From assembly GCA_951406725.2 (NCBI GenBank), contig OX597834.1, forward strand, positions 22,444,001 through 22,508,000: a stretch of DNA of 64,000 nt. Direction: 5' to 3'. The notes under the pieces were generated by a model. The model searched no databases. It saw only the letters and a program-made list of their open reading frames with translations, and was not told the origin of the DNA. Numbering within the stretch: the stretch's first letter is position 1; each line of letters starts with the position of its first letter. The stretch comes from Octopus vulgaris (Eukaryota). The position numbers were made by a program, and so were the translations under genes. Below are positions 40,860-53,937 of this stretch, one piece after another.

Positions 40860-43800
40860 CCATAAAAATCCATGTATTTTATGCACTTTTTTGCGCAAAA
40901 ACAAAAATAAATTTTAGTGGGTGCGTAAACTACATAAGTAATTCTGTTTCCAGAATTTTTTTTAGAAATTTTCTTTGTTGAAAAATGATGTAAAAATTTG
41001 TATGGAAAATTGACTCATTTAATGTCAGAATAGGTTTTTACAGAAAAAGATAATGAAGTTGACTTTTATTTATGCTGGACAGTATAATACTTAGATTTTC
41101 TGTATAAATTTACAAAAACCATTAAATGGTCAACTACTTTTTAAAGTTTGACATTCATGCTGGCAATCATGGTCTGGGCCATATTTTACATTGCTTGGAG
41201 TTTCTACCTATCGCTATGGAACCCAGCAATTACCTTAAATATATCAGTTTTTCTCCGCTTAAGGAGTCTAGCTTGCGTTTGCCTCCAGGAAGTAATTGCT
41301 CGCTTCCTCCGCATTCGGACAATGAAATTCATCACTGCCAACGACAATATCATAATTCATCCTTGCACATAGCGTTCCTACAGAAACATTCATTTGCCTC
41401 ATACAATATTTAATGTCATTTCACATTTATGTTGAATTATGCAGCAATCTTATGTTCTCTTCAGAGAACACTTATAATGTATGTGTTACCAGTTCTTTTG
41501 GTATAGTAGATTTTTGCTATTTTTGTTTGTCTCCTCACAGATGTGAGGAGTCATTTCTTAAATTTCGCACCTCTCTTGTTCAATAAACACCGAGTTAAAC
41601 TTGCAAAACTGTTTCTTTTCGCCTTTCAATTTTTAATGTTTATTTAAGCAGGTTACCAAACTATCAGTATAGTCTCCCAGCTAATTTGGTAATGACAAAT
41701 TTTAAGTTTGCTTGAAATTTTATAAGTGTGAAATTGATTAAAATTACTATACTCCGTATCAAAGGTTCCGACAGGAATAGGCAGAAAAGCAGTGCTTGAG
41801 ACAAGAAGGCACTTTCGACCAATCAAAATTCTATTTACATAATCAGTTTGATCAATCACCTTCCTCTGTCGGTTGAGTAAAGTGTCATCCAAGCTGATGT
41901 TTATTAGTAATTAAACTTAATTTGCAACACTTGTGCATATTTATCAGCTTTGTTTTTGTTGATGTTTCTTATCAACAACTTTTCCTGTGGTCGTGATTTG
42001 AGAAGACATACAGCAGTATGCTAAAGATTGGTCATAATCTCTTGTGGGCAAGAAATGTAAAATAAAGTCTATTATAAACAACAAATACACTTCGTAATTT
42101 AATAGCTCTCACTGTGATACCTGTTCAACAGAAATTATTTTTATTTAATGAAAATTTAATAAAATCTAGTCATAACTAACTGAAATTATGCTAAATGCAA
42201 CGAAATTGAAAACCTTTTATCCCTGGCTAGATCGGCAATTCTGGAAACTTTTGGGTGCAAATTTGACATGAGTAGCTTTTTTTTATCAATTTTTATCCTG
42301 AAAATCACCCCCATAAACTACACAGGTGCACAAATTACATGGGTTTTTATGGTAGTCAAAAATACAACTAAATTGAAAACCTATCCCTGGCTAGATCGGC
42401 AATTCTGGAAACTTTTGGGTACAGATTTTACACGAGTAGAAGCTTTTTTTTATCAATTTTTATGCTGAAAATCACCCCCATAAATTACACAGGTGCACAA
42501 ATTACATGGGTTTTTATGGTAGTCAAAAATACAACTAAATAAAAAACCTTCTATCCCTGGCTAGATCAGCAATTCTGGAAAACTTTTGGGTGCAAATTTT
42601 ACACGAGTAGAAGCTTTTTTGTTATAAATTTTTATCCTAAAAATCATCCCCATAAACTACACAGGTGCACAAATTACATGGGTTTTTATGGTAGTCAAAA
42701 ATACAACTAAATTGAAAACCTATCCCTGGCTAGATCGGCAATTCTGGAAACTTTTGGGTGCAATTTTACTCGAGTAGAAGCTTTTTTTTATCAATTTTTA
42801 TCCTGAAAATCACCCCCATAAATTACACAGGTGAACAAATTACATGGGTTTTTATGGTAGTCAAAAATACAACTAAATTGAAAACCTATCCCTGGCTAGA
42901 TCAGCAATTCTGGAAACTTTTGGGTACAGATTTTACACGAGTAGAAGCTTTTTTTGTTATCAATTTTTATCCTGAAAATCACCCCCATAAATTACACAGG
43001 TGCACAAATTACATGGGTTTTTATGGTAGTCAAAAATACAACTAAATTAAAAACCTTCTATCCCTGGCTAGATCAGCAATTCTGGAAACTTTTGGGTACA
43101 TATTTTACACGAGTAGAAGCTTTTTTTTTTATCAATTATTATCCTGAGAATCACCCCCATAAATTACACAGGTGCACAAATTACATGGGTTTTTATGGTA
43201 GTCAAAAATACAACTAAATTAAAAGCCTTCTATCCCTGGCTAGATTGGTAATTCTGGAAACTTTTGAGTGCAAATTTTACAGGAGTAGAAGCTTTTTTTT
43301 TATCAATTTTATCCTGAAAATCACCCCCATAAACTACACAGGTGCACAAATTACATGGGTTTTTATGGTAGTCAAAAATACAACTAAATTGAAAACCTAT
43401 CCCTGGCTAGATCAGTAATTCTGGAAACTTTTGGGTGCAAATTTTACACGAGTACAAGCTTTTTTTTTATCAATTTTTATCCTGAATATCACCCCCATAA
43501 ATTACACAGGTGCACAAATTACATGGGTTTTTATGGCAGTCAAAAATACAACTAAATTGAAAACCTATCCCTGGCTAGATCGGTAATTCTGGAAACTTTT
43601 GGGTGCAAATTTTACACGAGTAGAAGCTTTTTTTTCATCAATTTTTATCCTGAAAATCACCCCCATAAATTACACAGGTGCCCAAACTACATGAGTTTTT
43701 ATGGCAGTCAAAAATACAACTAAACTGAAAAGCCTTCTATCCCTGGCTAGATCAGCAATTCTGGAAACTTTTGGGTGCAAATTTTACTCGAGTAGAAGCT

Positions 43801-46800
43801 TTTTTTTATCAATTTTTATGCTGAAAATCACCCCCATAAATTACACAGGTGCACAAATTACATGGGTTTTTATGGTAGTCAAAAATACAACTAAATTGAA
43901 AACCTATCCCTGGCTAGATCGGTAATTCTGGAAACTTTTGGGTGCCAATTTTACACGAGTACAAACTTTTTAGCAATTTTTATCCTAAAAATCAGCCCAT
44001 GAACTACACAGGTGCACAAATTACATGGGTTTTTATGGTAGTCAAAAATACAACTAAATTGAAAACCTTCTATCTCTGGCTACATCGGTAATTCTGGAAA
44101 CTTTTGGGTGCAAATTTTACACGAGTAGAAGCTTTTTTTTATCAATTTTTATGCTGAAAATCACCCCCATAAATTACACAGGTGCACAAATTACATGGGT
44201 TTTTATGGTAGTCAAAAATACAACTAAATTGAAAACCTATCCCTGGATAGATCCGTAATTCTGGAAACTTTTGGGTGCAAATTTTACACGAGTACAAGCT
44301 TTTTTTTTATCAATTTTTATCCTGAAGATCACCCCCATAAATTACACAGGTGACCAAATTACTGGGGTTTTTATGGCAGTCAAAAATACAACTAAATTGA
44401 AAACCTTCTATACCTGGCTAGATCGGCAATTCTGGAAACTTTTGGGTGCAAATTTTACACGAGTAGAAGCTTTTTTTTAGCAATTTTTATCCTGAATATC
44501 ACCCCCATAAACTACACAGGTGCACAAATTACATGGATTTTTATGGTAGTCAAAAATACAACTAAATTGAAAACCTATCCCTGGCTAGATCGGTAATTCT
44601 GGAAACTTTTGGGTGCCAATTTTACACGAGTACAAGCTTTTTTTTAGCAATTTTTATCCTGAAAATCAGCCCATGAACTACACAGGTGCACAAATTACAT
44701 GGGTTTTTATGGTAGTCAAAAATACAACTAAATTGAAAACCTATCTCAGGCTACATCGGTAATTCTGGAAACTTTTGGGTGCAAATTTTACACGAGTAGA
44801 AGCTTTTTTTTATCAATTTTTATCCTGAAAATCACCCCCATAAATTACACAGGTGCCCAAATTACATGGGTTTTTATGGCAGTCAAAAATACAACTAAAT
44901 TGAAAACCTTCTATACCTGGCTAGATCGGCAATTCTGGAAACTTTTGGGTGCAAATTTTACACGAGTAGAAGCTTTTTTTTTAGCAATTTTTATCCTGAA
45001 AATCACCCCCATAAATTACACAGGTGCACAAATTACATGGGTTTTTATGGTAGTCAAAAATACAACTAAATTGAAAACCTATCCCTGGCTAGATCGGTAA
45101 TTCTGGAAACTTTTGGGTGCCAATTTTACACGAGTACAAGCTTTTTTTTTAGCAATTTTTATCCTGAAAATCAGCCCATGAACTACACAGGTGCACAAAT
45201 TACATGGGTTTTTATGGTAGTCAAAAATACAACTAAATTGAAAACCTTCTATCTCTGGCTACATCGGTAATTCTGGAAACTTTTGGGTGCAAATTTTACA
45301 CGAGTAGAAGCTTTTTTTTATCAATTTTTATGCTGAAAATCACCCCCATAAATTACACAGGTGCACAAATTACATGGGTTTTTATGGTAGTCAAAAATAC
45401 AACTAAATTGAAAACCTATCCCTGGATAGATCCGTAATTCTGGAAACTTTTGGGTGCAAATTTTACACGAGTACAAGCTTTTTTTTTATCAATTTTTATC
45501 CTGAAGATCACCCCCATAAATTACACAGGTGCACAAATTACATGGGTTTTTATGGTAGTCAAAAATACAACTAAATTGAAAACCTATCCCTGGCTAGATC
45601 GGCAATTCTGGAAACTTTTGGGTGCAAATTTTACACGAGTAGAAGCTTTTTTTTATCAATTTTTATCCTGAAAATCACCCCCATAAATTACACAGGTGCA
45701 CAAATTACATGGGTTTTTATGGTAGTCAAAAATACAACTAAATTGAAAACCTATCCCTGGCTAGATCGGTAATTCTGGAAACTTTTGGGTGCAAATTTTA
45801 CTCTAGTACAAGCTTTTTTTTTAGCAATTTTTATCCTGAAAATCACCCCCATGAACTACACAGGTGCACAAATTACATAGGTTTTTATGGTAGTCAAAAA
45901 TACAACTAAATTGAAAACCTATCTCAGGCTACATCGGTAATTCTGGAAACTTTTGGGTGCAATTTTACTCGAGTAGAAGCTTTTTTTTTATCAATTTTTA
46001 TGCTGAAAATCACCCCCATAAATTACACAGGTGCACAAATTACATGGATTTTTATGGTAGTCAAAAATACAACTAAATTGAAAACCTATCCCTGGCTAGA
46101 TCGGCAATTCTGGAAACTTTTTTGTGCAAATTTTACACGAGTAGAAGCTTTTTTTTTATCAATTTTTATCCTGAGAATCACCCCCATAAATTACACAGGT
46201 GCACAAATTACATGGGTTTTTATGGTAGTCAAAAATACAGCTAAATTAAAAGCCTTCTATCCCTGGCTAGATTGGTAATTCTGGAAACTTTTGGGTGCAA
46301 ATTTTACACGAGTACAAGCTTTTTTGTTATCAATTTTTATCCTAAAAATCACCCCCATAAACTACACAGGTGCACAAATTACATGGGTTTTTATGGTAGT
46401 CAAAAATACAACTAAATTGAAAACCTTCTATCCCTGGCTATATCGGTAATTCTGGAAACTTTTGGGTGCAAATTTTACTCGGAGTACAAGCTTTTTTTTT
46501 TATCAATTTTTATCCTGAGAATCACCCCCATAAATTACACAGGTGCACAAATTACATGGGTTTTTATGGTAGTCAAAAATACAACTAAATTGAAAACCTA
46601 TCCCTGGCTAGATCGGTAATTCTGGAAACTTTTGGGTGCCAATTTTACTCGACTAGAAGCTTTTTTTTATCAATTTTTATCCTGAGAATCACCCCCATAA
46701 ATTACACAGGTGCACAAATTACATGGGTTTTTATGGTAGTCAAAAATACAACTAAATTGAAAACCTATCCCTGGCTAGATCGGCAATTCTGGAAACTTTT

Positions 46801-49800
46801 GGGTACAGATTTTACACGAGTAGAAGCTTTTTTTTTTATCAATTATTATCCTGAGAATCACCCCCATAAATTACACAGGTGCACAAATTACATGGGTTTT
46901 TATGGTAGTCAAAAATACAACTAAATTAAAAGCCTTCTATCCCTGGCTAGATTGGTAATTCTGGAAACTTTTGGGTGGAAATTTTACACGAGTAGAAGCT
47001 TTTTTTTTATCAATTTTTATCCTGAAAATCACCCCCATAAATTACACAGGTGCACAAATTACATGGGTTTTTATGGTAGTCAAAAATACAACTAAATTGA
47101 AAACCTTCTATCCCTGGCTAGATCGGTAATTCTGGAAACTTTTGGGTGCAAATTTTACACGAGTAGAAGCTTTTTTTTTATCAATTTTTATCCTGAAAAT
47201 CACCCCCATAAATTACACAGGTGCACAAATTACATGGGTTTTTATGGTAGTCAAAAATACAACTAAATTGAAAACCTTCTATCCCTGGCTAGATCGGTAA
47301 TTCTGGAAACTTTTGGGTGCAAATTTTACACTAGTAGAAGCTTTTTTTTATCAATTTTTATCCTGAAAATCACCCCCATAAATTACACAGGTGCACAAAT
47401 TACATGGGTTTTTATGGTAGTCAAAAATACAACTAAATTGAAAACCTATGCCTGGCTAGATCGGCAATTCTGGAAACTTTTGGGTGCAATTTTACTCGAG
47501 TACAAGCTTTTTTTTTATCAATTTTTATCCTGAATATCACCCCCATAAACTACACAGGTGCACAAATTACATGGGTTTTTATGGTAGTCAAAAATACAAC
47601 TAAATTGAAAACCTATCCCTGGCTAGATCGGTAATTCTGGAAACTTTTGGGTGCCAATTTTACACGAGTACAAACTTTTTTTTTAGCAATTTTTATCCTG
47701 AAAATCACCCCCATAAACTACACAGGTGCACAAATTACATGGGTTTTTATGGTAGTACACATAAAGATACACTCAAAATACAACTACATGGGTTTTTATG
47801 GTAGTCAAAAATACAACTAAATTGAAACCCTATCCCTGGCTAGATCGGTAATTCTGGAAACTTTTGGGTGCAATTTTACACGAGTACAAGCTTTTTTTTT
47901 ATCAATTTTTATCCTGAAAATCACCCCCATAAACTACACAGGTGCACAAATTACATGGGTTTTTATGGTAGTCAAAAATACAACTAAATTGAAAACCTAT
48001 CCCTGGCTAGATCGGTAATTCTGGAAACTTTTGGGTGCAAATTTTACACGAGTAGAACTTTTTTTTTAGCAATTTTTATCCTGAAAATCACCCCCATAAA
48101 CTACACAGGTGCACAAATTACATGGGTTTTTATGGTAGTCAAAAATACAACTAAATTGAAAACCTATCCCTGGCTAGATCGGTAATTCTGGAAACTTTTG
48201 GGTGCAAATTTTACACGAGTAGAAGCTTTTTTTTATCAATTTTTATCCTGAAAATCACCCCCATAAACTACACAGGTGCACAAATTACATGGATTTTTAT
48301 GGTAGTCAAAAATACAACTAAATTGAAAACCTTCTATCCCTGGCTAGATCGGTAATTCTGGAAACTTTTGGGTGCAAATTTTACTCTAGTAGAAGCTTTT
48401 TTGTTATCAATTTTTATCCTGAAAATCACCCCCATAAATTACACAGGTGCACAAATTACATGGGTTTTTATGGTAGTCAAAAATACAACTAAATTAAAAC
48501 CTTCTACCCCTGGCTAGATCAGCAATTCTGGAAACTTTTGGGTGCAAATTTTACACGAGTACAAGCTTTTTTTTATCGATTTTTATCCTAAAAATCACCC
48601 CCATAAACTACACAGGTGCACAAATTACATGGGTTTTTATGGTAGTCAAAAATACAACTCAAAAATACCTATTGAAAACATGGGTATCCTGGCTAGATCG
48701 GCAATTCTGGAAACTTTTGGGTGCAATTTTACCGAGTACAAGCTTTTTTTTATCAATTTTTATCCTGAAAATCACCCCCATAAACTACACAGGTGCACAA
48801 ATTACATGGGTTTTTATGGTAGTCAAAAATACAACTAAATTGAAAACCTATCCCTGGCTAGATCGGTAATTCTGGAAACTTTTGGGTGCCAATTTTACAC
48901 GAGTACAAGCTTTTTTTTTAGCAATTTTTATCCTGAAAATCACCCCCATAAACTACACAGGTGCACAAATTACATGGGTTTTTATGGTAGTCAAAAATAC
49001 AACTAAATTGAAAACCTTCTATCCCTGGCTAGATCGGTAATTCTGGAAACTTTTGGGTGCAAATTTTACTCTAGTAGAAGCTTTTTTGTTATCAATTTTT
49101 ATCCTGAAAATCACCCCCATAAATTACACAGGTGCACAAATTACATGGGTTTTTATCAATCACCCCATAAACTACACAGGTGCACAAATTACATGGGTTT
49201 TTATGGTAGTCAAAAATACAACTAAATTAAAAACCTTCTATCCCTGGCTAGATCAGCAATTCTGGAAAATTTTGGGTGCAAATTTTCGGTAATTCTGGAA
49301 ACTTTTGGGTGCCAATTTTACTCGACTAGAAGCTTTTTTTTTATCAATTTTTATCCTGAGAATCACCCCCATAAATTACACAGGTGCACAAATTACATGG
49401 GTTTTTATGGTAGTCAAAAATACAACTAAATTGAAAACCTTCTATCCCTGGCTAGATCGGTAATTCTGGAAACTTTTGGGTGCCAATTTTACCGAGTAGA
49501 AGCTTTTTTTTATCAATTTTTATCCTGAGAATCACCCCCATAAATTACACAGGTGCACAAATTACATGGGTTTTTATGGTAGTCAAAAATACAACTAAAT
49601 TAAAAGCCTTCTATCCCTGGCTAGATTGGTAATTCTGGAAACTTTTGGGTGGAAATTTTACACGAGTAGAAGCTTTTTTTTTATCAATTTTTATCCTGAA
49701 AATCACCCCCATAAATTACACAGGTGAACAAATTACATGGGTTTTTATGGTAGTCAAAAATACAACTAAATTGAAAACCTTCTATCCCACGCTACATCAG

Positions 49801-51794
49801 TAATTCTGGAAACTTTTGTGTGCCAATTTTACTCGAGTAGAAGCTTTTCTTTTATCAATTTTTATCCTGAGAATCACCCCCATAAATTACACAGGTGCAC
49901 AAATTACATGGGTTTTTATGGTAGTCAAAAATACAACTAAATTGAAAACCTATCCCTGGCTAGATCGGCAATTCTGGAAACTTTTGGGTACAGATTTTAC
50001 ACGAGTAGAAGCTTTTTTTTTATCAATTTTTATCCTGAGAATCACCCCCATAAATTACACAGGTGCACAAATTACATGGGTTTTTATGGTAGTCAAAAAT
50101 ACAACTAAATTAAAAGCCTTCTATCCCTGGCTAGATTGGTAATTCTGGAAACTTTTGGGTGGAAATTTTACACGAGTAGAAGCTTTTTTTTTATCAATTT
50201 TTATCCTGAAGATCACCCCCATAAATTACACAGGTGCACAAATTACATGGGTTTTTATGGCAGTCAAAAATACAACTAAATTGAAGACCTTCTATCCCTG
50301 GCTAGATCGGTAATTCTGGAAACTTTTGGGTGCAAAATTTACTCGAGTAGAAGCTTTTTTTTTATCAATTTTTATCCTGAAAATCACCCCCATAAATTAC
50401 ACAGGTGCCCAAACTACATGGGTTTTTATGGCAGTCAAAAATACAACTAAATTGAAAACCTTCTATCCCTGGCTAGATCGGCAATTCTGGAAACTTTTGG
50501 GTGCAAATTTTACACGAGTAGAAGCTTTTTTTTTTAGCAATTTTTATCCTGAAAATCACCCCCATAAATTACACAGGTGCACAAATTACATGGGTTTTTA
50601 TGGTAGTCAAAAATACAACTAAATTGAAAACCTATCCCTGGCTCGATCCGTAATTCTGGAAACTTTTGGGTGCAAATTTTACACGAGTACAAGCTTTTTT
50701 TTTATCAATTTTTATCCTGAAGATCACCCCCATAAATTACACAGGTGCACAAATTACATGGGTTTTTATGGCAGTCAAAAATACAACTAAATTGAAGACC
50801 TTCTATCCCTGGCTAGATCGGTAATTCTGGAAACTTTTGGGTGCAAATTTTACACGAGTAGAAGCTTTTTTTTTATCAATTTTTATCCTGAAAATCACCC
50901 CCATAAATTACACAGGTGCACAAATTACATGGGTTTTTATGGTAGTCAAAAATACAACTAAATTGAAAACCTATCTCTGGCTAGATCGGCAATTCTGGAA
51001 ACTTTTGGGTGCAAATTTTACACGAGTAGAAGCTTTTTTGTTATCAATTTTTTTCCTGAAAATCACCCCCATAAATTACACAGGTGCACAAATTACATGG
51101 GTTTTTATGGTAGTCAAAAATACAACTAAATTGAAAACCTTCTATCCCTTCATAGATTGGCAATTCTGGAAACTTTTGGGTGCAAATTTTACTCGAGTAG
51201 AAGCTTTTTTTTTATCAATTTTTATCCTAAAAATAACCCCCATAAATTACACGGGTGTACAAATTACATGGGTTTTTATGGTAGTGAAAAATACAACTAA
51301 ATTAAAAACCTTCTATCCATGGCTAGATCAGCAATTCTGGAAACATTTGGGTGCAAATTTTACTCGAGTAGAAGCTGTTTTTTTATCAATTTTTATCCTG
51401 AAAATCACCCCCATAAATTACACTGGTGCACAAATTACATGGCTGTTTATGGTAGTGAAAAATACAACTAAATTGAAAACCTTCTATCCCTTCATAGATT
51501 GGCAATTCTGGGAACTTTTGGGTGCAAATTTTACTTGAGTAGAAGCTTTTTTTTTATCAATTTTAAACCTGAAAATCAGCCCCATAAATTACACAGGTGC
51601 ACAAATTACATGGGTTTTTATGGTAGTCAAAAATACAACTAAATTGAAAACCTTCTATCCCTGGCTAGATCGGCAATTCCAGAAAGTTTTGGGTGCAAAT
51701 TTTACTCGAGTAGAAGCTTTTTTTTTATCAATTTTTATACTGAAAATCACCCCCGTAAATTACACAGGTGCGCAAATTACATGGGTTTTTATGG
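40860..51794. mobile_element. Tc2/pogo-like DNA transposon relic (~1.5 kb body) with tandemly amplified right end
   Basis: Left end TA|CCATAAAAATCCATGTATTTTATGCAC (40860) versus reverse complement of each monomer end CCATAAAAACCCATGTAATTTGTGCAC: 24/27 identical, TA on both sides. End architecture (CCRTA...GCAC TIR, internal GGGTGC subrepeats) resembles TcMar-Tc2 elements. No intact transposase seen. Confidence 0.75.
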
Positions 51795-51800
51795 TAGTTA
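42200..51800. repeat. Satellite array, ~168/171-bp monomer, roughly 57 copies
   Basis: Tandem monomer aaattgaaaacc(ttc)tatccctggctagatcgg(c/t)aattctggaaacttttgggtgcaaattttacacgagtagaagct(n)atcaatttttatcctgaaaatcacccccataaattacacaggtgcacaaattacatgggtttttatggtagtcaaaaatacaact. The gtcaaaaatac landmark falls at 42355, 42522, 42694, 42860 and 43029. Confidence 0.97.
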
Positions 51801-51819
51801 AAAATTTGGGTCTATATTA

Positions 51820-51916
51820 GAAATCTTTATTATTATTAATTTCTTGAAGAACTTACCTGATATAGTGGTTAATATTTCCTTTTAAAGCAATACTGGCATA
51901 AAACTAAATGATAATC

Positions 51917-51949
<33 letters not shown>

Positions 51950-52111
51950 TTCTTGAAGAACTTACCTGATATTGTGGTTAATATTTCCATTTAAAGCAAT
52001 ACTGGCATAAATGATAATCTTTATTATAATTATTATTAATTTCTTGAAGAACTTACCTGATATAATGGTTAATATTTCCTTTTAAAGCAATACTGGCATA
52101 AAAATAAATGA
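51820..52111. repeat. Triple ~90-110-bp tandem duplication of the TM6 exon 3' end and splice donor
   Basis: Three copies of attaatttcttgaagaacttacctgatat...aatatttccttttaaagcaatactggcataaa; minus-strand GT donors at 52055-56, 51964-65 and 51855-56. Confidence 0.92.
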
Positions 52112-52235
52112 CTGTAGGGGTCCAAAAGATGGCAAAGCAACCAAGAAGCGATGTAACCATATAAGTTGACTTTCTCTCTTGGCTTGTTATTGCTGACCGA
52201 GTCACAGAACATTCCTGAATAGCAATCACTTTGGC
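52057..52235 (-). CDS. GPCR exon encoding ICL3-TM6-ECL3
   Basis: Acceptor ttttatttattttgatag|, donor |gtaagt; 179 nt, phase 0 in and phase 2 out. AKVIAIQECSVTRSAITSQERKSTYMVTSLLGCFAIFWTPTVIYFYASIALKGNINHYI: ERK...FxxxWxP TM6 motif. Confidence 0.88.
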
Positions 52236-53331
52236 CTATCAAAATAAATAAAATATAAGATTTACAACCACATGGTTACATGTTCAGTTTCACTGCATGG
52301 TACCTTGGGCATTGGTTATTGGTCATAATGAACCAATCACTGTCCACTCAAAGAAGCATCTGTACAATCTGGGCGGAACAAGCATCACAAGGTATTTTTG
52401 TTTGAATTCACAGGTTTGTCGGATTTTTCTCATTGATATTTACATCAATCAATAAACATCAATGTGTGTATGTGTATAATATCATGTAGGTAATTTCCTT
52501 ATAATGTGCATTTCAAATCTATAGCTGGATCATATATAATAATATGTATAATATGGGAAACTCAGCAACTAACAGCTTTTATTAATGCACAGAAACAACT
52601 GTGTGATTTGTGATAAAATCTTCTTGTATTATATATATATATATATATATAGATAGATATAAACACACAACACAGATGTGTAAAGGCAGATACACACAAG
52701 TAGGGTTGAGCATATTTACAAGCATTTGCCCGGCGTGCTAACGTTTCTGCTATCTCGCCGCCTTCACCATTTTTGTGGCTTATCAACATCACATGCCTGA
52801 ATCAGACTGGGGACAAACTGAATCGCCAGCCTACAACTACAAAGCCTCATCACTGGTGTGCCATGATGAGGCTTACATAAAATGAAACTCAACCATGAAT
52901 AGCTATTTTAGTTGTTAAGGGCAAGAATTAAAACTAAAAATTAGTGGACAGCCAGTTTTTACAATTGAATCATAAAGATTTTAGGTAATGAGAGAAGGTT
53001 ATGTAAAACTTATGCTTGCACGTGGAAATTACATCAGAGAAATGATTTCAAAGGGAGACCTCATTGTGAAAGATTATAATGAGTAATTCACAGCAACAGG
53101 AAATAGACAGAGTGATCTACTTCCTATATATATATATATATATATGCACTATAAGATTGTGTATAAATGTACTGTCACCCCTCAGACCAACTCCACCAGG
53201 GTTTACATTGGTGGTACTTCCAAGCACTTTCACTAATCACCATCATCATTTAACATCTGTTTTCCATGCTGGCATGGGTTGAGTGTTTTCTCGAATAGTT
53301 CCAGGAAACACTCTACCTCCCTCACCACCCG

Positions 53332-53545
53332 TATACAAGGAGTTGCTGAAAAATTCCTGACTACAAGATTATCACAAAAGGCCTGATTGGAGGTCTAAAC
53401 TTCCTAATTTTTTTTTTCAGGGCTTAGAAAAACTGAAGGAGTGTCGCAATAAGTGTGTCAATATAATGAGTAAAAACAAAATTAACCGATCCTCCTATAT
53501 TTTCTTTTACCAAAACGAGGATCTTTCTTCAGTACCCCCTCGTAT
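53332..53545. mobile_element. mariner-derived MITE
   Basis: tacaaggagttgctgaaaaatt... / ...ttcagtaccccctcgta TIRs; internal remnant of a mariner ORF 3' end (agaaaaactg...aagtgtgt). Confidence 0.65.
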
Positions 53546-53935
53546 AGGCGCAGGAGTGGCTGTGTGGTAAGTAGTTTGCTAACCAACCATATGGTTCCGG
53601 GTTTAGTCCCACTGCATGGCATCTTGGGCAAGTGTCTTCTGCTATATCCCCGGGCCGACCAATGCCTTGTGAGTGGATTTGGTAGATGGAAACTGAAAGA
53701 AGCCTGTCGTATATATGTATATATATATATATATGTGTGTGTGTGTTTGTTCCCCTAGCATTGCTTGACAACCGATCCTGGTGTGTTTACGTCCCCGTCA
53801 CTTAGCAGTTCGGCAAAAGAGACCGATAGAATAAGTACTGGGCTTACAAAGAATAAGTCCCGGGGTCGATTTGCTCGACTAAAGGCGGTGCTTCAGCATG
53901 GTTGCAGTCAAATGACTGAAACAAGTAAAAGAGTA
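53546..53935 (+). mobile_element. tRNA-derived SINE, family C
   Basis: Full-length homolog of 34716-35103. Confidence 0.85.
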
Positions 53936-53937
53936 TA

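Noticed and set aside
41100-41900. Transposase inside the Tc2/pogo-like relic
   Set aside because: Only short ORFs and a vague LPGGKRK resemblance; cannot be supported without a profile search.
47755-49300. Broken monomers at ~47755, 48655, 49155 and 49285
   Set aside because: Could be real rearrangements, but look equally like long-read or consensus errors; not interpretable without reads.
42268-51820. Repetitive ORFs in the satellite, up to 233 aa (50837-51538)
   Set aside because: Monomer lengths of 168/171 are multiples of 3, so frames stay open by chance. Poly-T length variation and cggTAA variants break them at random.
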